DNA of 64,000 bases from an uncultured Verrucomicrobiae bacterium (GTDB lineage Bacteria > Verrucomicrobiota > Verrucomicrobiia > Palsa-1439), in contig CAWEWF010000011.1 of NCBI GenBank assembly GCA_963812605.1, positions 1 through 64,000 on the forward strand, read 5' to 3'. Shown here piece after piece: positions 17,726 through 27,218 of the stretch (position 1 is its first letter; each line of letters starts with the position of its first letter). A model generated the notes under the pieces. That model worked only from the letters and a program-made list of their open reading frames with translations, was not told the DNA's origin and did no database searches. A program made the position numbers and the translations under genes.

Positions 17726-19219
17726 ATGAGAACACTTCCTCCAGCCTGGCTTGCACTGGAATTCACGCGCGAGCGCCAGGTCGCGCTGTTGATCCATATC
17801 TTCGCGCGGCGCGACGGACGCGTGACGCTGCCGAACGGCTGGGGCTCGTGGACGTATTCAGTCGGCTTTCAGGGCAACGTCAACTTCACCGACCTGGCCA
17901 ACTACGCGAGCGACGGCATCCAGTCACGCACGTATGTCCCTGCCGCGATTGAATTCGACCCGAGCCAGGTCTTTCGCAAGGAGAGTACCGCCCTGGATCC
18001 GCACGACATTACCCTGACGGTTGATCCTTCGCTCGATCCGTTTGCCAATTACGTCAACCGCCAGTGGCCGCTGACCTTCGGCATCGTGATCTACAAAGTG
18101 CACCGCAACGGCAATGCTGTGCTGACGGTGGACAACGGCAGCGGGACGCAGGTGCCTGTCGTGGACGTGGCGTTCATCGGCTATCTCGATGCCGACGATA
18201 CGCTGGAGGTCAACAGCGCCGGCCTGCAGCAGACCATCGAGGGCGGCAAGCTGAAGCTGGAAACCAAGTGGGACCACATCACCAAGAAGTTTGATCGTCC
18301 GGTGCCGCGCCCCATCTTCAGCATCGAATGCCCCAAGGCGCTCTTCTCGTCATCGGGCACGGCGGCGGTCGATTGCAACGCGGACATGCAATACGTTCGC
18401 ATCGACGGCCTCGTGTTGCAGGCCAGTGGCGCGGTGATCAGCGCCACGGAGTGGTATGGAAAGCCCGGAGGTTGGTTCGCGGAGGGTTTGCTCGAATATG
18501 TTGCGACCGATCCGATCAGCGGCTTGGATTTCGGCTTCGCGCTGAGAATCATTTCCAGCACGCAGCACACCGCTTCCGGCGTGAACTACGGCGACCTGAC
18601 GCTCGAAATGTTTCCGCCATTGCCAATCATCGGCGCGGTCGTCTCCGCGTTCGGTGGTTGCGACCGCGTGCGGTCCACGTGCATCACCAAGCACATCCCG
18701 AGCGGCACGGTCCCGCCCGCGCCGGGCACGCCGACGCCGGGCGATATTCGCGTGGCCCTGCAGCTCTTCAATAGCGTCCACGGCAACGCCAAGACCGCCT
18801 ACGTGATCATCACCCCGACGCTCCTGACGATCAAATACACCGGCACCGATACGACGCAGATCGGCAATTTCGCAATCAATAACGTGGACTGGACCACAAC
18901 CACGATGGTCCCGCTCGGCGGCAGTTCGCTGATAACGAGTCCAGGCTTTACGCTGACAGCCGGCAGCACCGGACCGCCAAACGCGACCGGCTACGTCTTC
19001 ACTCTCACTAACAACGGATCAGGCAACCCGACGATCAGCCAGAAGCCCACTGCTGCCAACGGCTTCACCCTGATCGTCAAGATGAGCCACCAGGCGGCAT
19101 ACGATTTCACGGTCAATTGGGTGCCGAGCAATGGATCGCCCATCAATCTCGGCAACCTGCAAAACTTCGGCGGCACCGACATCCCCATCGAGCACCCATC
19201 CCTGGAGACCACGAAGTGA
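17726..19219 (+). CDS. baseplate hub, BR0599/DUF2163-like
   Basis: CPKALF...DC, GWFAEG, GCDR..STC..K and NLQNFGG..IP motifs. Confidence 0.75.
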   Translation: MRTLPPAWLALEFTRERQVALLIHIFARRDGRVTLPNGWGSWTYSVGFQGNVNFTDLANYASDGIQSRTYVPAAIEFDPSQVFRKESTALDPHDITLTVDPSLDPFANYVNRQWPLTFGIVIYKVHRNGNAVLTVDNGSGTQVPVVDVAFIGYLDADDTLEVNSAGLQQTIEGGKLKLETKWDHITKKFDRPVPRPIFSIECPKALFSSSGTAAVDCNADMQYVRIDGLVLQASGAVISATEWYGKPGGWFAEGLLEYVATDPISGLDFGFALRIISSTQHTASGVNYGDLTLEMFPPLPIIGAVVSAFGGCDRVRSTCITKHIPSGTVPPAPGTPTPGDIRVALQLFNSVHGNAKTAYVIITPTLLTIKYTGTDTTQIGNFAINNVDWTTTTMVPLGGSSLITSPGFTLTAGSTGPPNATGYVFTLTNNGSGNPTISQKPTAANGFTLIVKMSHQAAYDFTVNWVPSNGSPINLGNLQNFGGTDIPIEHPSLETTK

Positions 19220-19233
19220 GGAACGAAAAAACA

Positions 19234-19327
19234 AACGCTCAACATTCAACTTCCAACGTTGAACGTCCAACGGGGAAAACTGCCGGCGACTTCGACGTTG
19301 AGCGTTCAACGTTGAACGTTGGACATT
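19234..19327. repeat. inverted pair of heptamer arrays
   Basis: (AACnnnn)x5, spacer, then (nnnnGTT)x5; imperfect long hairpin. Confidence 0.8.
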
Positions 19328-19340
19328 CGGGAGTTTCCGC

Positions 19341-19892
19341 ATGACACCGCACTGTCCATACTTCCCGAACAACCAGCCGCGCATCGATGCGCTCCTGGCG
19401 CAGCTCGCCGCGTGGGAAGGCACGCGCTGGCGGCACGCGGGCGCGCGACCCAACGACATGCGCTGTGGCATCAGTGGTGATTGCCTGTTTTGGGTTCACG
19501 CGTTCAAGGCCATCGGCGCGCTGCCGGCAAAGTTGGAGATCCCGGACTATCGCCTGCACGAAGCCAGCGCCGACGAAATGCAGACGCTCCGTCGTTGCAT
19601 CGAAGCAACCGGCCGCGCATTGCTGACGTGGGCGCGGCCTGGTAGCGCGAGCGTCCCGCTTGCGGTCGTTCCGAAGATGGCAAGCGGGACGCTCGCCCTA
19701 CAAAATTTTGCGATCGGCGACGTGCTGCTCTTCAAGAACGGCACCAGCGGCGCCCACTGCGGCCTCGCAGTCAAGGAATCGCCGCTCCACTTCGTCCACC
19801 TCACCGGCAACGGCCTGCTCGAAGAGCCGTTCCACCAGTCCCATTACATCGCCGCGCTGGCATACGTGTATCGACTGTTGGAGGACGCGTGA
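19341..19892 (+). CDS. tail-associated NlpC/P60 peptidase
   Basis: WEGTRWRH, GDC, GDVLLF, HCGL, FVH motifs; 60-bp REP doublet at 19642-19701. Confidence 0.85.
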   Translation: MTPHCPYFPNNQPRIDALLAQLAAWEGTRWRHAGARPNDMRCGISGDCLFWVHAFKAIGALPAKLEIPDYRLHEASADEMQTLRRCIEATGRALLTWARPGSASVPLAVVPKMASGTLALQNFAIGDVLLFKNGTSGAHCGLAVKESPLHFVHLTGNGLLEEPFHQSHYIAALAYVYRLLEDA

Positions 19893-19907
19893 AACACGTA
19901 TTCCGGT

Positions 19908-19964
19908 GTAGCCGCGCCTCTATGAGGCGCGTTCGTTCCGCACGGCTCGCAGAGCCGTGGCTAC
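19908..19964. repeat. intergenic inverted REP doublet
   Basis: GTAGCCGCGCCTCTATGAGGCGCG...CACGGCTCGCAGAGCCGTGGCTAC. Confidence 0.8.
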
Positions 19965-19980
19965 ATAAGGAGGCGGCGTA

Positions 19981-22925
19981 ATGGGTTTTCTCGGCGGCTC
20001 CAACGCAGGTGTTAACTCGAACCGGCGCGCGGTCACGCAATCGCCTGTCGCTTCCAACATTCTCGGCACACCCTGGCCGACGCTGTGGGGCCTGCGCGAC
20101 TTGAACGGGACCGTCATCGCCTGGACGAATCACCGATTCAGCAACGCGGGCTCTTCCGGCAAAGGCGGTGGCCAGGTTTCCTCCGGCGAGAAGGATTACC
20201 GCACGTTCGCGCTCGGCTTGTGCATCGGGCCGGTGGATCGCATCACGCAAATCTGGTACGACAATGAGTTGATCTGGGAAGGCAATGTTGGCGTAGCCTC
20301 CGCGGCAACCGTCGCCACGGCCACGGTCGGTGTCGGCGGCGTCGTTCTTACCGACAACGTTGCGCGCGGGACGATCACGTTCTATTTCGGGTTGGACACA
20401 CAGACCCAAGACCCGGTGCTCGCTCAATTCATTCCCGACGTGCCGTTCTACCGCGGCATGTGCTACGCAGTGTTCCACGGGCCCCGTAGTGGCTCTCGGG
20501 GCTTTCGCCTGGGCAACGCGGACACACTCGCGCAGGTCGCGCTGTACGTGGAGCGCATCCCGAAGACATTTGCGGGAATCTCGTTCACGGCCAGCGTCGA
20601 GGAGAATCCCGGCAACGCGTCGAACGAATTGCAACCCATCACCATTATGGCTAGACGCGTCCGGCTTTCACGGGCACGAGCGATGTGGAGTACTCGCTGC
20701 TGGCCCGCGAGCAGATCGGTTCCAATTCACAACTGAACGTCGCGTGGGCTTCCGAGACGGGCAGTGACACAACCGGCTCGGCGCTCATCACCAACGGCAC
20801 TCCTTTCGCTGTCGGCACGCTCGGTTTGATGGTCACGCTGTCGTGGGGCTCGAACGCATCGCCGCCACTGGAGACCGTCCTGGTCGCCATCTGGGAGATC
20901 TTCCTTACCAGCGCCGTCAGCGCCATCGGCGGCGCGAACGTCGCGAGCATCATCTACGAGCTGCTTACCAGTAGCGTGCACGGCGTCGCGCTGGATGCTG
21001 CGGTCCTCGACATGCCCGCGTTCCAGAACGCCGCCGCCGCCGTGACACAGATGGGCCTTTCCTGGGCGGTCAAACAAAAGGGCGATGCGCGCACGCTCAT
21101 CGAGGACATCCTGAAGAGCGTCCAGGGCGCGCTCGTCATCAGCAACGGCGCCATCGGGCCGCGCCTGCTCACCGGCGGTACGGTGGCGCTGACGCTTGAA
21201 CCAGATGACATCGTCGGCCTCAAGCAACGCCCCGGTTGCTGGTACGAGGTTCCGCAATACGCGACCGTCAAGTACGCGGACATCAATCGCAAGTTCCACG
21301 ACACCATTCTCCCGCTGCCAGGCGCGGGAGATTTTGGCGACGACGAAAAGACAATGGAGATCGCGTTGCCGATGGTCACCGACAACGGCGTGGCGCGCTT
21401 GATCGGCTCGCGGCTGCGCACGCTGGAGGCTCTCCCAAAGAATCCCGACACCATTCTCTGCGGTCGCGGCGCGTTTCAACTCCAGTTCGGCGACGTGCTT
21501 TTGATCAACGATGCCGCGCGCGGCTTCGACCCGACCTTGCCGATGATCATCATCGCCATCCGCGAGCACGGCGCGGGCGATGAAGTGATCGAGATCGATG
21601 TCGTGCCCGACGTGTTCAGCCCGTTGCCGGCAACAACGGCAGTCGTCGGCGGCACAAACGGGCCAGGACAAGGCGCTTCAGGAACGCCCATTGACCCGAT
21701 CTCGCTGCAGGAGCTTGTCGAGTTGCCATTCGATTTCGCCCCGGACGGCTCGAAACAGTTCACCTTGTTCGCCGCGCGTCCCGATCCCGACGTGCAGGGC
21801 ATGACGCTCTACGCGTCCACCGAGAACCCGCCCGTCGATTACAACGGCGTGGACGATTCTGCTCCCTTTCACGCGGGCGGCACGTTCGTCGATGCGAGCC
21901 TTCCAAAATTCACGATGGATCGCGAAGCCTACATCGACTTCACGCAGGGCAGCGACGACATCGAGGCGTTCTCGTCGCTCTCGGACAACGATTGGTTTGG
22001 ATATCAAATGCTCGTGCTCGTTGGCGCTGGCATCAACGCAGGACTCTACGCGGCGCGCGAGTTGGTGTTTCTCGGCGGCATAAGCTGGCGGCTACGAGGA
22101 ATCTTTGGGCCGCTATCAGACACGCCAGTCCCCACGCCAAATCCCGGCGATCCCGTGTTCGTCTTCGCTGTCCGCCCGCTTTATAATCTGGCTGGCCAGC
22201 CATCGTGGGTGATCAATTCGCTCCTGACGTTCAAAGGGATTCCTTTCGGCAGTAGAATCTCCCCGACGCTGGCGCAAACGGTCGCCACCGGCCTCACGAT
22301 CCTTTCGCGCGCCGCGTGCCCGCGCCCCGCGCAGAATCTCAACGCCAACGGTCGCGGCGGAATTGCCTCGCCGTTCTATAGTGGCGCGGGCGGCTCGCCC
22401 GCGAGTGATATTAACCTGGCGTGGGACCTGTGCAATCGCGCGTCGGGTTTCGGCGCGGAGACCATCCCTTGCGAGTTTGATCCATCCGTCGCCACGGAGA
22501 TCGCGACGTGCGCCATCGAGATTTGGGTCGCTGGAACGCTCGTGCGCACCGACGCGGCCAATGTCCGCGCCGCCGTCGCGACCGCGGTGGCCACCGCAAC
22601 CAGCGCCCTGCAATTCGATGTCGCTTCGGTCGCCGGATTACAGCCCGGCGACCGCATCAGTGTCGTCCACGGCGCGGCGCACGAATACTTCGGGCGTATC
22701 GCCTCGATCAGTGGCCTGACGATCACGCTCGTCTCGCCGATCGCGATTCCGCCCGCGCTGGGCGACACCGTGAATTGCTACGAATCCGTCGGCTACATCT
22801 ACACCGCCGCCAACAACGTCGCCGACAACGGCAGCCTCGCCGCCGCCGTGGACATCAAGGTCTACCCAATCTTAAACGGCCTGCGCGCCCTGCGCCCGGC
22901 AGAAATCCTGGTGACAAAGATATGA
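19981..22925 (+). CDS. large tail tip/host-specificity protein, split by apparent frameshift(s) at ~20636-20668
   Basis: N part: PTLWG, ALGLCIGPVDRITQIW, PFYRG; C part: ANVASIIYELLT, LQFGDV; the two ORFs form one typical tail protein. Confidence 0.75.
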
Positions 22926-22940
22926 TCACATTTTCCGATG

Positions 22941-23000
22941 GTAGCGCGACCGTCCCGTTTGCGGTCGTTATGACCAGGGCAAGCGGGACGCTCGCCCTAC
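22941..23000. repeat. REP doublet between tail genes
   Basis: GTAGCGCGACCGTCCCGTTTGCGGTCGTT...GCAAGCGGGACGCTCGCCCTAC. Confidence 0.85.
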
Positions 23001-23013
23001 GAGGCAGAACATC

Positions 23014-23481
23014 ATGAGCGTCCTCTCCAACGGCACCGAAGATCTCCAGGGCCAGAACCTCACGCCGGCAGCCGCGTATGCTGTGGCCAACACCGCTTTC
23101 CAAAAAATCGCACTGATGTGTCTCCTCGACAAGGACGTGCCATTTTACGGCCTGCCGCGCGACGGCGCGATTCGCGGCACATCGCAGATCGCCATCGAAC
23201 GTCTCATCACCGCCGTCGAGATTCGCGCCGAAGGGTCCGCGCCCGTTGGCAGTTCCCTGATCGTGCAACTGATCGTCGGCGGCGTGCTGCAGTCGCAACA
23301 GTACGCGCTTCCCGCCGCCAGCGCCTACGCCCTGGTCGCCGTCATCAATGACGGCAACGGCGGCGCCTCCGGCTCGGGTCTCGTCGTCCCCGCCAACACG
23401 ACGCTGGCCGTCCAGATCACCAGCGGCAACCAGGCCGTCGATGTCGTCGTCACTCCCAAAACCCAACTGAGGATTCTCTGA
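23014..23481 (+). CDS. beta-rich hypothetical tail accessory protein
   Basis: 155-aa ORF, same codon style, 2 nt from the next gene. Confidence 0.7.
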   Translation: MSVLSNGTEDLQGQNLTPAAAYAVANTAFQKIALMCLLDKDVPFYGLPRDGAIRGTSQIAIERLITAVEIRAEGSAPVGSSLIVQLIVGGVLQSQQYALPAASAYALVAVINDGNGGASGSGLVVPANTTLAVQITSGNQAVDVVVTPKTQLRIL

Positions 23482-23483
23482 CC

Positions 23484-25427
23484 ATGAAACGCACTTTAAT
23501 TCTCCTTTCACTGGTGGCGCAGGCGTCCCTGCCTGCGGTCGTCCGCGCCGGCAACGTCTACCCCGACCGCGTGATTGTCGGCGTCGCCACCGGCGAAGTT
23601 GACGAAACGCAGTACAGCACCAACGACGTTTCGCTCACCGTCACCAATCTGCCCGGCGGCGGTCGTCGCGCCATCCTTGGGATCAGCGGCAGCGCTTCCA
23701 AAGAAACCACCAACGCCGCCCTCGACAAGCTCCGCCTCAACGACGGCGGCTCGCTGACGAACGTTCCTTCGCCGGCAGGCATGGTCACCAACAATCAGCG
23801 CAATGTAAGTCTGGGATTTCCTCCCGACCTGTGGGTCTGGCCAACGTTCGTGGATGCCGACGACAATTTACAATTCTTCATCGGGGGACTCACCAACGCG
23901 ATCCCGCTCGCGCCGAACCCGATACTAGTGGGCAATGCGAGTTGGTTTTTCCGCGACGGCAGCATGATTGAGGGAGCGGACGGTGTGTTCACCATCGCCA
24001 ACACGATCAACATCAATCCCACCAACGGCTTCGGGCTAACCAAGACAACCGACCTCAGGACGGCGCTTGCCAATACCTTCGTCTCTGTGGCCTCCGTATT
24101 GGCGAGCAATGGACTGGTATATGCGCCGGAAGAGGCGATCACGCCGTCAGCCACCACCAATATAGTCGTCACCATTGCCACGAATGGCACCAGCGGCCTG
24201 GCTCTCTTCGTCATGCAGGCCACCAATACGACGCTGACCGCATTCACCACGCCGACGGCGATCTCGATCACCAACAGCGGCATCTGGACGGTGCCTTCCA
24301 GCGGCAACTTCAACGATGGGTTCTACAAGTACCGCAACGGCAAGCACTGGCTCCTTTTCACCGGCAACGACACGATGGTTTATGTCGCGTCCTCGACCAA
24401 CGGCATCGGCGGTCCGTACGGCATGGCCGGCGCCTTTACCGGCCTGACCAACGCGACTCTCTCGGCAATTGAGGGTCCATCCATTTTCGATATCGCGCAG
24501 GCCAACGGGACCACCAACAGCTATTTGATCTGCGCCGCCGCGTTCGCGCCCTCGCGCCAGGAAGAGCGCATGGGCTGGTCGGTCACGACCAATGATTGGA
24601 CCACGTTCACCACGACAAACCAGTGGGCATCCTTTTCGGCGCTCGTGCCGGTCAACGCCTCGCTCTTAATCAACCATTGCACTCCATTCCACGTGGAATC
24701 GATGACCGCGATGAAGGCCCTGCTGGCGCGCCTCTTTAGTGGACGTTACCCGGCCACGCCCATTCCGAAGTCGATCTCCTACACCGGCAGCTTCGGCCTG
24801 GATGTGCCGCAATTCGGGCTCCAGGACCCTATTTTCCAGCGATGGTCCGGCATGACTGTCTACACGAACGCTGGCGTCGGCTTGGTCGCCGGCAGCGACA
24901 TCAAGTTCATCATGACCACCAACGGCAACTTCTACGCCGGCGGATTCGGCCAGACCGAACTGAATCCCGATCCGCCGGCCGAGTTCAACCCCAACGAGCG
25001 CTTCTGGATGATGAGCAACCCGAACGCCAACGGCGATTCGTACTTTTGGTTCCGAGTCCTGACCGGCAGCGGAGTCGTGTTCGGCATTGGCAATCACAAC
25101 GGCACGGGTTTCCTGGCGGAAGAAGGGGCCGCGCCGATTCAATTCTGGGTCAACGCCAACTCCGGCAGTTCGACGCCCTTCAGCGGCGCGACAATCACTT
25201 TCTCCGTGGACCAGGCCTCGGCCACCAGCCAGGTGCCGTTTGATGTGGAAGGCACGTTGACGGAGAAGGGGCATCCGGTGATTACGAACGGAGTGCCACT
25301 GGGAAGTTCACTGTCACAACGGTCCTCCATCACCAACGCACCCGCCGCCGCCGTTTCCTCGCCAACCGCGTGGGCGGACATCATCGGCACCAACGGCCAG
25401 CACTACGTTGTGCCGTTATACCAATAA
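23484..25427 (+). CDS. fibre/adhesin-like protein with signal-like N-terminus and possible GH43/32-like propeller segment
   Basis: T/N/G-rich; NDGFYKYRNGKHWLLF, ASSTNGIGGPY, IEGPSIF, SVTTNDWTTF; ends NGQHYVVPLY; REP at 23512-23541. Confidence 0.6.
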   Translation: MKRTLILLSLVAQASLPAVVRAGNVYPDRVIVGVATGEVDETQYSTNDVSLTVTNLPGGGRRAILGISGSASKETTNAALDKLRLNDGGSLTNVPSPAGMVTNNQRNVSLGFPPDLWVWPTFVDADDNLQFFIGGLTNAIPLAPNPILVGNASWFFRDGSMIEGADGVFTIANTININPTNGFGLTKTTDLRTALANTFVSVASVLASNGLVYAPEEAITPSATTNIVVTIATNGTSGLALFVMQATNTTLTAFTTPTAISITNSGIWTVPSSGNFNDGFYKYRNGKHWLLFTGNDTMVYVASSTNGIGGPYGMAGAFTGLTNATLSAIEGPSIFDIAQANGTTNSYLICAAAFAPSRQEERMGWSVTTNDWTTFTTTNQWASFSALVPVNASLLINHCTPFHVESMTAMKALLARLFSGRYPATPIPKSISYTGSFGLDVPQFGLQDPIFQRWSGMTVYTNAGVGLVAGSDIKFIMTTNGNFYAGGFGQTELNPDPPAEFNPNERFWMMSNPNANGDSYFWFRVLTGSGVVFGIGNHNGTGFLAEEGAAPIQFWVNANSGSSTPFSGATITFSVDQASATSQVPFDVEGTLTEKGHPVITNGVPLGSSLSQRSSITNAPAAAVSSPTAWADIIGTNGQHYVVPLYQ

Positions 25428-25441
25428 CCCCGAAAGGAACC

Positions 25442-25813
25442 ATGAATCGAAAGATGAAACTCTCCGCCATCGCCGCCTCCATCGTCGCCGGCATCACGGC
25501 CATTGCCTGCGCCTCCCTGAGCACCGGGCCGGTTGGATCCGGCACAACTTCGGCCGGCGTTCCCCCCACGCCGCAGGCCCCGCTGATCTCAAACATCGGC
25601 GTGACATCGATGACGGTATCGTGGGTCGGCGGCACACCTACCGCGAGCAATTCCGCCACCGTGTTCTATCTCGTGCAGATGTCCGCCACCAATCAATCGA
25701 ACTTCGCGACCGTCGCCTCCAACGATGTCACCATCACCAGCGTCACGATCTCCAACCTGACACCGTCCACCACCTATTTCTTCCGCATTGTCGCCGGCGA
25801 TGGAAAACCGTAG
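25442..25813 (+). CDS. secreted fibronectin type III domain protein
   Basis: AAAGGA RBS; hydrophobic leader; TSMTVSW...YLVQ...ISNLTPSTTYFFRIVA FN3 signature. Confidence 0.85.
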   Translation: MNRKMKLSAIAASIVAGITAIACASLSTGPVGSGTTSAGVPPTPQAPLISNIGVTSMTVSWVGGTPTASNSATVFYLVQMSATNQSNFATVASNDVTITSVTISNLTPSTTYFFRIVAGDGKP

Positions 25814-25821
25814 CGGGTATT

Positions 25822-25834
25822 CCTCCGTCGCCTG
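25822..25834 (+). repeat. 13-bp direct repeat CCTCCGTCGCCTG, right copy
   Basis: Identical to 689-701; 8 bp after the FN3 gene stop. Confidence 0.6.
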
Positions 25835-25946
25835 CTTGGTGCTCAAAGGCTTCTCCGCGGCGGTGCGGGAATTTCCATTCGGCATTATGCACTTGACAAA
25901 CAATAAACGCGGGTGGATATGTCAACCGAGAGGGCGGCCTCAAAAA

Positions 25947-26102
25947 CTACTTCCGTTTCGAGGTCTGGCGGCTTCTGGGCTTCTTCGTCCAGTAGTCAGG
26001 GACCGGCACGAGCATGGCGCGTTTGAGTGCTTCCTTCGGGGGAAGGTCGCACTTCAGTGGGTCACGCTCGCGGGTCGCTGGCTTTTGTTTTTCATCGGCC
26101 AT
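25947..26102 (-). CDS. small basic protein at IS end (51 aa)
   Basis: MADEKQKPATRERDPLKCDLPPKEALKRAMLVPVPDYWTKKPRSRQTSKRK; below the ORF-track cutoff. Confidence 0.5.
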   Translation of the reverse strand: MADEKQKPATRERDPLKCDLPPKEALKRAMLVPVPDYWTKKPRSRQTSKRK

Positions 26103-26106
26103 CAAT

Positions 26107-27211
26107 TTACTCTAGCAAAATTCTGGGCGCGTGACAATTCATTCGGCCAAGACACCGGGATATTTCCAGTACGGATATTTGAAGATGCATTTTTGCTGCG
26201 AGAGGCTCAGTTGTGTATGGGTCTGGGCCGGGGACAACAAAGTGCTCCAAATTAGTGGAAGGCTTCGATGCCTGGATGTATGCGTTATAAGTGCCATTTG
26301 TTTGAAGGGAAAACAGAATGATCGTCGAGCCGAATACCGCGAGCGTATCATTGGTGTTCAAAACAAAAAGACCCGACACATCCATTTCATTAGACCTGCG
26401 GTAGAACACCTGCAATACCCGGTCGTCCGGATTCATTGACGATTTCAAATGCGTTAGCATTAAAATTCCTGTCCCAGCCGGTGGGTATTTTGGTATCCCA
26501 CTCGTTGTTCATCTCGATTTTCCGCATTTCACCACCAATCGGGGTTTGGGCATAGACGAACAACCGTCTGTTCTTTACGTAAGGCATCACAGGCGTCGGG
26601 AAAGAGTGACCATTCACATCCATCACCGAGAATACTCTGAAAAACATGGGCTTAGTCTCGCGCCCCCAAAGGTTGGTAATTTCTATTGGCGCTTCACCCT
26701 TCTGAAATTTGATGGAACTTCTCGTCGGTGGGATTGTCGCAGTCCAGACCGGTTCAGAGATTTCTTGAGCACCGAGATGGAGAAATACATTCGAGCAGTC
26801 GCTCGGAAGCTCTGGCGGTTGCCAGCCCGCGACTGGAGCGGCCTGTTCTGGTGGTTGTTGATCAGCCGGGTTCCTGTAGAACTTATTAAGCGGTATCGCC
26901 AACATGACGCCACAGAGAATAATGTAAACAACCCAAACCTTTACTTGGCGCTTTGTGATCTCGGCAGTTTTGTGCGCTATGACCGCTGCACCTAATAGGC
27001 CACCACATTTGGAAAACCAATGAATAAAGACAGCCACAAGCCCGGTAAAATCATCTGCTTCTTGCCAGAGAACGTAAGACACGATCTCAATGATTGTGAC
27101 TGCAGCAGCAATGAACCTGACCCGTTTCCAATCGATACGTTTTTTGTGCTCATCTGCTGGGGTATCGTCGCCCTTCTTATTTTGGGAAGCCTGCTGTGAC
27201 TCCGATTCCAT
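26107..27211 (-). CDS. passenger membrane protein (3 TM plus soluble domain), apparent frameshift near 26420
   Basis: Lower GC; removing one G joins FEIVNESGRP to VLQVFYRRSNE. Confidence 0.6.
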
Positions 27212-27218
27212 TATGAGA

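Larger units (their letters stand above)
964..25813 (+). mobile_element. Mu-like head plus short siphovirus tail operon lacking early genes (defective prophage or GTA-like cluster)
   Basis: Near-complete morphogenesis gene order; no integrase, transposase, repressor or replication genes between the flanking host genes. Confidence 0.85.

Noticed and set aside
13146-25427. Tailocin or contractile injection system
   Set aside because: No sheath or wedge genes, and a full head and packaging module is present.
23484-25427. Diversity-generating retroelement target
   Set aside because: No reverse transcriptase and no template/variable repeat pair seen in the window.
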